IMG/VR virus record: IMGVR_UViG_3300045988_140849
From: a virus
Lineage: Duplodnaviria; Heunggongvirae; Uroviricota; Caudoviricetes
Direction: 5' to 3' (one strand)
Length of the DNA stretch: 19,895 nt
Shown piece by piece: positions 1 through 7,973 of the stretch; positions within the stretch are counted from its first letter, which is position 1, and every line of letters begins with the position of its first letter. The notes under the pieces are model-generated. The model was not told where the DNA came from and did no database searches. It saw only the letters and a program-made list of their open reading frames with translations. Position numbers and translations under genes: made by a program.

Positions 1-4
1 CTAA
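1..4. repeat. IS5 target-site duplication, left copy (CTAA)
   Basis: CTAA lies directly outside the IS5 left inverted repeat and an identical CTAA sits at 1201..1204 outside the right repeat. IS5 is known to duplicate a 4-bp YTAR target. Confidence 0.85.
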
Positions 5-1200
<1,196 letters not shown>

Positions 1201-1204
1201 CTAA
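1201..1204. repeat. IS5 target-site duplication, right copy (CTAA)
   Basis: CTAA directly after the IS5 right inverted repeat, identical to 1..4. Confidence 0.85.
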
Positions 1205-1417
1205 TATTCAACTAAACAGTGGCATCTTCAATATACTATTAAAAATATATTAACCCCCCATGGGGTTATCCGGAAGGGCATCCGTGTATGTAATTCCTAC
1301 TTATGTAGGAAATGTTGTACAGAACATTTATTATAATCCTATTCAATTATAATAATCATGCCATTATTATATTTTAACACCAAAGCGTGTCGTTGGTATT
1401 TAATGGGGGAAGGTAAG

Positions 1418-1735
1418 ATGAAAAAGATAGCTGCTATATCATTAATTAGTGTTTTTCTTATGTCTGGGTGTGCTGTGCATAATGATGAGACAAGTATCGG
1501 TAAATTTGGTCTTGCATATAAAAGTAATATTCAGCGTAAACTCGATAACCAATACTACACCGAAGCCGAAGCTTCTTTAGCCAGGGGCAGAATTTCTGGT
1601 GCAGAAAATATAGTAAAAAATGATGCAGCTCATTTCTGTGTTACTCAGGGCAAAAAAATGCAGATAGTTGACCTGAAGACAGAAGGTGCAGGATTACATG
1701 GCGTCGCTCGTCTGACATTCAAATGTGGAGAGTGA
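1418..1735 (+). CDS. small putative lipoprotein (105 aa), function unknown
   Basis: ATG at 1418 preceded by a GGGGGAAGG Shine-Dalgarno (1405..1413). The N-terminus MKKIAAISLISVFLMSGC has a signal peptide and lipobox-like Cys. The gene is AT-rich. The 5-prime extension to 1358 in the ORF track lacks an RBS. It may correspond to the small gene next to the E. coli cryptic P2 remnant (yegR region), but this is unverified. Confidence 0.75.
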   Translation: MKKIAAISLISVFLMSGCAVHNDETSIGKFGLAYKSNIQRKLDNQYYTEAEASLARGRISGAENIVKNDAAHFCVTQGKKMQIVDLKTEGAGLHGVARLTFKCGE

Positions 1736-1797
1736 GAATATTTTTTGGTAAGCGTCAAACATGCGCGTTCTGGTTGTGCTTAGCCGGAACCTGTGCG

Positions 1798-1830
1798 AGC
1801 ACGATGCCGTTACGTGAAAGGCATCGTGCT
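1798..1830. repeat. perfect 11-bp inverted repeat (hairpin) in the lipoprotein/att intergenic region
   Basis: agcacgatgcc (1798..1808) and ggcatcgtgct (1820..1830) are exact reverse complements around an 11-nt loop. No T-run follows on either strand, so it is not a classic intrinsic terminator. Confidence 0.6.
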
Positions 1831-1893
1831 ATGAAGGGAGATTCTATCGATGTGGTCAATGGAAGACGGTGACCAGGGATAGGGCTTACGCGT

Positions 1894-1920
1894 AAAAAAT
1901 AAGCCCGTGTAAGGGAGATT
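1894..1920. other. P2-type attachment core (prophage attL junction)
   Basis: aaaaaataagcccgtgtaagggagatt matches the 27-bp P2 att core as recalled. It sits just outside the 3-prime end of int, where the attL core is expected. Confidence 0.8.
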
Positions 1921-1999
1921 TAGGGTGTCACCAGTAGGGGCTTTCAACGGTACAATGCGGGTTTGAGCGGCATAAATTACCACTGAAAGCCCTTAAACG

Positions 2000-3013
2000 T
2001 TACTCTACTGTGGACACTGTGTGGACACTCTCAACCTCAGTACCACCTCTTAGCGGATTAAGAGAAATGGCGTCCTGAAGGTACTCTGGCGCAAAATGAG
2101 CGTAAACCATAGTTTGCTCAATCCGCGTGTGACCTAGTATCCGTTGTAGCGTGATAATACTTCCTCCATTAATCATGAAATGAGTGGCAAAGCTGTGCCT
2201 TAGTGCATGTGTGGCTTGCCCCATTGGCAAATCCGGTTTTATTGCTTTCATTGTTCGTCTGAAGCGAGGGTAATCAGCATCAGGGAATAAAAAACCTCGT
2301 TTGTTATCCGCGATCATTTTGGCAACAGCCTCTGAGATCGGGACGGTGCGTGGTTTGTTTGTTTTCGTTTTAACAAACGTGACGCGGTTATGGATGATAT
2401 TTTCTGCTTTCAAACGAGCTGCTTCTCCCCAACGTGCTCCAGTACTCAGGCAAAGAATCGCAATCTTTTTGTTGTCGCCGTCAAGAGCAGCAAGCAGTAA
2501 GGCAATTTCTTCCTGCGTGAGATAGCCTGTGTCTGGTTTTTCCTCCTTAAGCCTTTTTGTCCCTCTGATAGGGTGCTCACCAAAGAATAACTCCGCTTCA
2601 ATCAGGGCTGTAAACATGCCGCTAATACATGTTAAATCACGATTGATACTCGAAGGTTTAATACCCTGACTTCTTCGGGTGGCGCAGTACTGGCTGATAA
2701 GCGATTTCGTAATTTGAAATGCGCATGGGTCATTCGTTATTTTTGTGAAGATTTCAATTTTTCCAAGATTAGATTTCCCATGCTCTTCGTGTTTACCCTT
2801 TAAATCCCACCAGATCTGTGTCAGCTCCGACAGACGTCGCTTGTCTGTTGGTTTTGATAGCCATTCTTTATTGTGGTGGTTGTACAACGTGTATTTCTCG
2901 AAAGCGACAGCTTCGCTTTTCTTATCAAACTTCCTACGGATGCGTTTTCCATTACGTCCAGTAGGGCGGATGTCCACTTCATATCGACCATCATCGAGTT
3001 TTTTGATTGCCAT
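2000..3013 (-). CDS. int: P2-type tyrosine integrase (337 aa)
   Basis: Starts MAIKKLDDGRYEVDIRP; C-terminal catalytic signature HALRHSF...LGHTRIEQTMVYAHF (R, H-x-x-R, Y). Located next to the att core and upstream of C in the same orientation, as in P2. Confidence 0.95.
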   Translation of the reverse strand: MAIKKLDDGRYEVDIRPTGRNGKRIRRKFDKKSEAVAFEKYTLYNHHNKEWLSKPTDKRRLSELTQIWWDLKGKHEEHGKSNLGKIEIFTKITNDPCAFQITKSLISQYCATRRSQGIKPSSINRDLTCISGMFTALIEAELFFGEHPIRGTKRLKEEKPDTGYLTQEEIALLLAALDGDNKKIAILCLSTGARWGEAARLKAENIIHNRVTFVKTKTNKPRTVPISEAVAKMIADNKRGFLFPDADYPRFRRTMKAIKPDLPMGQATHALRHSFATHFMINGGSIITLQRILGHTRIEQTMVYAHFAPEYLQDAISLNPLRGGTEVESVHTVSTVE

Positions 3014-3128
3014 CAGAAAACCCTCCGAGTGGTGTGTTTTTTTGCGACTACTAATCGCTTTTTTCGTGGTGGCTGAAATTTAGCCACCAATAGTAGGCAC
3101 TTGTGATGAATATATTCACGATGAATTG

Positions 3129-3428
3129 TTAACCAGTCTTTTGACCGGAGTGGGGCGACGTTGTTTCGTTTTGCCCAAAGTGTGCGAGAGCGGGCGCAAT
3201 TTGCCCGGACTCAGGAGCGATCTGATTGGTCATGAACCATAAAGTGTATTTGGTGAATTGTGGGGTCTGCAGGATGTTCATCATGACATCTGTTGGAGGT
3301 GTTGAACGACCACTTTCATAGTAACTCAGCGTGCCATACGGAACCCCTGTTAAATCAGCAAGTTGTTGTCTGCTCAAATACTCTGATTTTCGCATTAAGA
3401 CTATCTTCTCGCTTATCGTGTTTGACAT
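3129..3428 (-). CDS. C: immunity repressor C (99 aa)
   Basis: Small helix-turn-helix protein (LSRQQLADLTGVPYGTLSYYESG) transcribed divergently from cox, in the P2 position; size fits P2 C. Confidence 0.9.
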   Translation of the reverse strand: MSNTISEKIVLMRKSEYLSRQQLADLTGVPYGTLSYYESGRSTPPTDVMMNILQTPQFTKYTLWFMTNQIAPESGQIAPALAHFGQNETTSPHSGQKTG

Positions 3429-3450
3429 GGTGTTTAGATCTCAATAGTAT
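3422..3450 (+). promoter_or_regulatory. early promoter Pe (candidate)
   Basis: -35 TTGACA (3422..3427), 17-bp spacer, -10 TAGTAT (3445..3450), facing cox and flanked by the operator repeats. Confidence 0.6.
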
Positions 3451-3467
3451 TTAGTTTAGATGTAGAT
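3433..3467. promoter_or_regulatory. C-repressor operator direct repeats
   Basis: TTTAGAT at 3433..3439 and 3455..3461, 22 bp centre to centre and flanking the Pe -10, plus a further TAGAT at 3463..3467. This fits the direct-repeat operator arrangement known for P2 C. Confidence 0.6.
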
Positions 3468-3499
3468 TGTTTAGTGCTTGGATGTGGGCACTAAAAGGC

Positions 3500-3528
3500 A
3501 TTATAAGACATTAAACGCAATTCATGAG
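3500..3528 (-). promoter_or_regulatory. repressor promoter Pc (candidate, face-to-face with Pe)
   Basis: Perfect TATAAT on the minus strand (plus coordinates 3500..3505). The -35 is poor. Predicted Pe and Pc transcripts would overlap by about 35 nt, as described for the P2 switch. Confidence 0.45.
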
Positions 3529-3542
3529 GGCTAGAGGACGAC

Positions 3543-3818
3543 ATGAGCAAGCAAGTAACACTCATGACTGATGCGATTCCTTATCAGGAGTTCGCAAAAC
3601 TAATAGGAAAATCGACAGGAGCGGTTCGTCGGATGATCGATAAAGGAAAGCTGCCTGTAATTGATATGACCGATCCACAATCAGCTTCAGGTCGTGCAGG
3701 TGAATATTGGGTATACCTTCCGGCATGGAATAACGGACTAAAACTGGCTTATGAAAGCCGCCCTAAAGAGATTCGTGACGGCTGGTTGATGTGGTTAGGT
3801 CTCGGTGAACCACGTTAA
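3543..3818 (+). CDS. cox: Cox (excision and switch control protein, 91 aa)
   Basis: First gene of the rightward early operon; small helix-turn-helix protein (QEFAKLIGKSTGAVRRMIDKGKLPV); size and position as in P2. Confidence 0.9.
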   Translation: MSKQVTLMTDAIPYQEFAKLIGKSTGAVRRMIDKGKLPVIDMTDPQSASGRAGEYWVYLPAWNNGLKLAYESRPKEIRDGWLMWLGLGEPR

Positions 3819-3828
3819 GGAGAACCGT

Positions 3829-3999
3829 ATGAATGAGCCTCGTTGTATTGCTCAGTTACTGCGTAACGAAAGCCCCAGGGCGATTGACTTCACCATCACC
3901 CACGGTAAGGGGCGTAAGGGAATCATTATCCGCACCAAAAAACAGAGTCCGTTAAAAAAGGCTCTGACCTTTCTGAAAAGCCGGAGGGTATGGAAATGA
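3829..3999 (+). CDS. small early protein in the P2 orf78 position
   Basis: ATG at 3829 preceded by AAGGAG (3817..3822). The ORF-track start at 3805 is a GTG without an RBS. The stop overlaps the B start. Confidence 0.6.
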   Translation: MNEPRCIAQLLRNESPRAIDFTITHGKGRKGIIIRTKKQSPLKKALTFLKSRRVWK

Positions 4000-4496
4000 C
4001 AGTGATGACGCTCAATCTCGTTGAAAAACAGCCAGCAGCTATGCGCCGGATAATTGGTAAGCATCTTGCCGTTCCTCGCTGGCAGGATACATGTGATTAT
4101 TATAATCAGATGATGGAGCGCGAACGGTTAACGGTTTGCTTTCATGCGCAGTTAAAACAGCGTCACGCAACGATGCGTTTTGAAGAAATGAACGACGTCG
4201 AACGTGAACGGCTGGTTTGTGCAATTGATGAACTGCGTGGGGCATTCTCAAAACGCCGTCAGGTTGGTGCAAGTGAGTATGCATATATTAGTTTTTTAAC
4301 AGTCAGTCAGCGTCGTACTTTATTTATGCATGCGGGATTGACTGAAAAAGAATTCAACCAGCCATACTGGCGAATTAATGAAGAGTCATGTTACTGGCGT
4401 GATGCTTTATTCCGTGCGTTACGTGAATTATTCAGTCTGTTTGAGTATGCGCCGACAATTCTGACATCGGTAAAACCAGAGCAATATCTGCATTAA
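3990..4496 (+). CDS. B: replication protein B (helicase loader-like)
   Basis: 168-aa ORF after cox and orf78, ATG at 3990 with GGAGGG upstream; position and size match P2 B. Confidence 0.85.
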   Translation: MEMTVMTLNLVEKQPAAMRRIIGKHLAVPRWQDTCDYYNQMMERERLTVCFHAQLKQRHATMRFEEMNDVERERLVCAIDELRGAFSKRRQVGASEYAYISFLTVSQRRTLFMHAGLTEKEFNQPYWRINEESCYWRDALFRALRELFSLFEYAPTILTSVKPEQYLH

Positions 4497-4517
4497 GTAA
4501 TTAACCAGAGTTTTTAA

Positions 4518-4545
4518 CGCACTTAATTGTGCGGGGCTTCTTTTT
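4518..4545 (+). terminator. weak hairpin plus T-run after B (possible attenuator)
   Basis: cgcac (4518..4522), loop ttaatt, gtgcg (4529..4533), then cttcttttt. Only a 5-bp stem. Confidence 0.25.
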
Positions 4546-4559
4546 GCCTGGAGAAAGTC

Positions 4560-4784
4560 ATGCATACAGTTTCTGAAAATCAGTGCGGTAAATACGCATT
4601 ACTGCTGCAACAGGCCAGAACCGAAGCACAGGCCGATGCAGCGACGCGCTTTTCTTCTCATCTTGACGCCATGATTCGCCACATCACAAAGGCGGAGTTA
4701 TCCCGCGTGGAGATAGTCGAGCTGCTCAGTCAGGAGTCGGAAAAATTTCACAATATCGGATTGTCTCGCGGGGAGGTGCTTTGA
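4560..4784 (+). CDS. small early protein in the P2 orf80 position
   Basis: ATG at 4560 preceded by GGAG; the ORF-track extension to 4527 starts with TTG. Stop overlaps the next start. Confidence 0.7.
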   Translation: MHTVSENQCGKYALLLQQARTEAQADAATRFSSHLDAMIRHITKAELSRVEIVELLSQESEKFHNIGLSRGEVL

Positions 4785-5086
4785 TGTCCTGTTCTCGTTC
4801 AATTGTATTACTGAATAACACCTTAAAAATCGCCGTTATGGGAAATGGCGATTTGTCTCTTATTCAACTTTGCCTTGATAAAGAAAAACGCGACATAACT
4901 GAATCTGTTATCGCGATTTATCAGAATGAATTAAACCTCCTGTCTGATGTGGTCAATTTACTTGTTAAACGCGCTGTATTTCACAAGCAAATCTCCTCCG
5001 TGGATGAACTGACGAAATTAACGACAGAAATTGCCAGCTATTGCGCTGATGAATTTAAAAAACTTAACGACAAAAGGAGCTGGTAA
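4781..5086 (+). CDS. small early protein in the P2 orf81 position
   Basis: 101-aa ORF whose start and stop both overlap the neighbouring genes, typical of the P2 early operon. Confidence 0.7.
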   Translation: MMSCSRSIVLLNNTLKIAVMGNGDLSLIQLCLDKEKRDITESVIAIYQNELNLLSDVVNLLVKRAVFHKQISSVDELTKLTTEIASYCADEFKKLNDKRSW

Positions 5087-5310
5087 TGCCGGACAACGTA
5101 GATTTTATTCAGGAACAACAGGCTGAATTACTGGAGCGTCAGATTAACGCGGCAAGGGTAAAACATTGCGGTGCTTCTGCGCTGGGTTGCGAAGAGTGTG
5201 ACGCGCCAATACCTGCTGCCCGTCGTGCGGCTTATCCGTCAGCCACGCGTTGTGTTTCCTGCCAGTCAGTCTTTGAAGCAAAAAACAAACATTACCGGAG
5301 AACGGCATGA
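5086..5310 (+). CDS. TraR/DksA-like C4 zinc-finger protein in the P2 orf82 position
   Basis: 74 aa with paired Cys motifs (CGASALGCEEC ... CVSC); overlaps upstream and downstream genes. Confidence 0.75.
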   Translation: MPDNVDFIQEQQAELLERQINAARVKHCGASALGCEECDAPIPAARRAAYPSATRCVSCQSVFEAKNKHYRRTA

Positions 5311-5582
5311 GTATTCGTATTGAAATTGGCGAACGTTATGTCGTTACCAGTGACAGCTTTCAGTTTATTCTCCACGAGAAAAAGAGAGCGGAAAGCGGTA
5401 AAAACGCCGGTCAGGAATGGCTGGCGGTGGTTGGTTATTATCCGAAATTAAGCCAGCTCGTTTCCGGCCTGATGCATCACGATATTCTGACCGGAAGCGC
5501 AAAGTCTTTTGCTGATTTAAACGCGCAGGTTGAGCAACTCAGCAGGCGTTGTTCAGAGGCTTTTGGCTCATATGGCCGTTAA
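5307..5582 (+). CDS. small early protein in the P2 orf83 position
   Basis: 91-aa ORF, start overlapping the orf82 stop; overlaps the start of A. Confidence 0.7.
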   Translation: MSIRIEIGERYVVTSDSFQFILHEKKRAESGKNAGQEWLAVVGYYPKLSQLVSGLMHHDILTGSAKSFADLNAQVEQLSRRCSEAFGSYGR

Positions 5583-7854
5583 AGCCTCCGGGCGTTTTGT
5601 CCCTCCTTCAGCATTTGCTGCAGGCACCGGTAAGGCGTTTACCGGTGCTTATGCATGGAACGCGCCACGCGAGGCCGTCGGGCGCGAAAGACCCCTTACA
5701 CGTGACGAGATGCGTCAGGTGCAAGGTGTTTTATCCACGATTAACCGCCTGCCTTACTTTTTGCGCTCGCTGTTTACTTCACGCTATGACTACATCCGGC
5801 GCAATAAAAGCCCGGTACACGGGTTTTATTTCCTCACATCCACTTTTCAGCGTCGTTTATGGCCGCGCATTGAGCGTGTGAATCAGCGCCATGAAATGAA
5901 CACCGACGCGTCGTTGCTGTTTCTGGCAGAGCGTGACCACTATGCGCGCCTGCCGGGAATGAATGACAAGGAGCTGAAAAAGTTTGCTGCCCGTATCTCA
6001 TCGCAGCTTTTCATGATGTATGAGGAACTCAGCGATGCCTGGGTGGATGCGCATGGCGAAAAAGAATCGCTGTTTACGGATGAGGCGCAGGCTCACCTCT
6101 ATGGTCATGTTGCTGGCGCTGCACGTGCTTTCAATATTTCCCCTCTCTACTGGAAAAAATACCGTAAAGGGCAGATGACCACGAGGCAGGCATATTCTGC
6201 CATTGCCCGTCTGTTTAACGATGAGTGGTGGACTCATCAGCTTAAAGGCCAGCGTATGCGCTGGCATGAAGCGTTACTGATAGCTGTCGGGGAGGTCAAT
6301 AAAGACCGTTCTCCTTATGCCAGTAAACACGCCATTCGTGATGTGCGTGCGCGCCGCCAGGCAAATCTGGAATTTCTTAAATCGTGTGACCTCGAAAACA
6401 GGGAAACCGGCGAGCGCATCGACCTTATCAGCAAGGTGATGGGCAGTATTTCTAATCCTGAAATTCGCCGGATGGAGCTGATGAACACCATCGCCGGTAT
6501 TGAGCGTTACGCCGCCGCAGAGGGTGATGTGGGGATGTTTATCACGCTGACCACGCCGTCAAAGTATCACCCGACACGTCAGGTCGGAAAAGGCGAAAAT
6601 AAAACCGTCCAGCTTAATCACGGCTGGAACGATGAGGCATTTAATCCAAAGGATGCGCAGCGTTATCTCTGCCGTATCTGGAGCCTGATGCGCACGGCAT
6701 TCAAGGATAATGATTTACAGGTCTACGGTTTGCGTGTCGTCGAACCACACCACGACGGAACGCCGCACTGGCATATGATGCTTTTTTGTAATCCACGCCA
6801 GCGTAACCAGATTATCGAAATCATGCGTCGCTATGCGCTCAAAGAGGATGGCGACGAAAGAGGAGCCGCGCGAAACCGTTTTCAGGCAAAACACCTTAAC
6901 CGGGGCGGTGCTGCGGGATATATCGCGAAATACATTTCAAAAAATATCGACGGCTATGCACTGGATGGTCAGCTCGATAACGATACCGGCAGACCGCTGA
7001 AAGATACTGCGGCGGCTGTTACCGCATGGGCGTCAACGTGGCGCATTCCGCAATTTAAAACGGTTGGCCTGCCGACAATGGGAGCTTACCGTGAGCTACG
7101 TAAATTGCCTCGCGGCGTCAGCATTGCTGATGAATTTGACGAACGCGTGGAGGCTGCACGCGCCGCCGCAGACAGTGGCGATTTTGCGCTGTATATCAGC
7201 GCGCAGGGCGGGGCAAATGTCCCGCGCGATTGTCAGACTGTCAGGGTCGCCCGTAGCCCGTCGGATGACGTTAACGAGTACGAGGAAGAAGTCGAGAGAG
7301 TGGTCGGCATTTACGCGCCGCATCTCGGCGCGCGTCATATTCATATCACCAGAACGACGGACTGGCGCATTGTGCCGAAAGTTCCGGTCGTGGAGCCTTT
7401 GACTTTAAAAAGCGGCATCGCCGCGCCTCGGAGTCCTGTCAATAACTGTGGAAAGCTCACTGGTGGTGATACTTCGTTACCGGCTCCCACGCCTTCTGAG
7501 CACGCCGCAGCAGTGCTTAATCTGGTTGATGACGGTGTTATCGAATGGAATGACCCGGAGGTCGTGAGGGCGCTCAGGGGCGCATTAAAACACGGCCTGA
7601 GAAGACCAAACCGTCAGCAAAGAAACGGAAGACCGTTAAAACCGCATGAAATAGCGCCATCGGCCAGACTGACCCGGTCGGAAAGAATGCAAATTACCCG
7701 TATCCGCGTTGACCTTGCTCAGAACGGTATCAGGCCGCAGCGATGGGAGCTTGAGGCGCTGGCGCGTGGCGCGATCGTAAATTACAACGGGAAAAAATTT
7801 ACGTATCCGGTCGCTGATGAGTGGAGTTGGTTTTATTGTTATTCAGAGCAATAA
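5572..7854 (+). CDS. A: rolling-circle replication initiator A (HUH endonuclease)
   Basis: About 760 aa from the ATG at 5572 (the ORF-track start at 5530 is TTG). HUH motif in TPHWHMMLF and tandem active-site tyrosines in GYIAKYISK; position as in P2. Confidence 0.9.
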   Translation: MAVKASGRFVPPSAFAAGTGKAFTGAYAWNAPREAVGRERPLTRDEMRQVQGVLSTINRLPYFLRSLFTSRYDYIRRNKSPVHGFYFLTSTFQRRLWPRIERVNQRHEMNTDASLLFLAERDHYARLPGMNDKELKKFAARISSQLFMMYEELSDAWVDAHGEKESLFTDEAQAHLYGHVAGAARAFNISPLYWKKYRKGQMTTRQAYSAIARLFNDEWWTHQLKGQRMRWHEALLIAVGEVNKDRSPYASKHAIRDVRARRQANLEFLKSCDLENRETGERIDLISKVMGSISNPEIRRMELMNTIAGIERYAAAEGDVGMFITLTTPSKYHPTRQVGKGENKTVQLNHGWNDEAFNPKDAQRYLCRIWSLMRTAFKDNDLQVYGLRVVEPHHDGTPHWHMMLFCNPRQRNQIIEIMRRYALKEDGDERGAARNRFQAKHLNRGGAAGYIAKYISKNIDGYALDGQLDNDTGRPLKDTAAAVTAWASTWRIPQFKTVGLPTMGAYRELRKLPRGVSIADEFDERVEAARAAADSGDFALYISAQGGANVPRDCQTVRVARSPSDDVNEYEEEVERVVGIYAPHLGARHIHITRTTDWRIVPKVPVVEPLTLKSGIAAPRSPVNNCGKLTGGDTSLPAPTPSEHAAAVLNLVDDGVIEWNDPEVVRALRGALKHGLRRPNRQQRNGRPLKPHEIAPSARLTRSERMQITRIRVDLAQNGIRPQRWELEALARGAIVNYNGKKFTYPVADEWSWFYCYSEQ

Positions 7855-7871
7855 ACATCTGATTTAATTTG

Positions 7872-7958
7872 TTGCATAATAGTAAAATTGCTGTTTATCT
7901 GCATGTGTTAACTATTGATAATTATGTTGCTAATAATAATGTGTGCAAATTTATACTG
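7872..7958 (+). promoter_or_regulatory. AT-rich upstream region of the cargo gene with several promoter-like hexamers
   Basis: TTGCAT (7872..7877), TTGATA (7915..7920), TTGCTA (7927..7932) and TATACT (7953..7958); none has ideal spacing, so the call is tentative. Confidence 0.3.
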
Positions 7959-7973
7959 AAAAAGGTGAAAACG

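Noticed and set aside
1740-1893. Possible tRNA gene at the integration site
   Set aside because: No tRNA-like features (conserved T-loop GTTCGAATC-type motif or cloverleaf arms) were seen. P2-type att sites are not necessarily in tRNA genes.
2301-3083. Plus-strand ORFs antisense to int (2301..2525, 2745..3083, 2873..3076)
   Set aside because: They are embedded in the well-supported integrase gene on the opposite strand, with no independent signals.
5530-5571. 5-prime extended starts from the ORF track (A at 5530, cargo gene at 7869, L at 15898, X at 16398, O at 13059, P to 12981, lipoprotein at 1358)
   Set aside because: These extensions begin at TTG/GTG or lack a Shine-Dalgarno, whereas internal ATGs with good RBSs give the expected P2 protein sizes.
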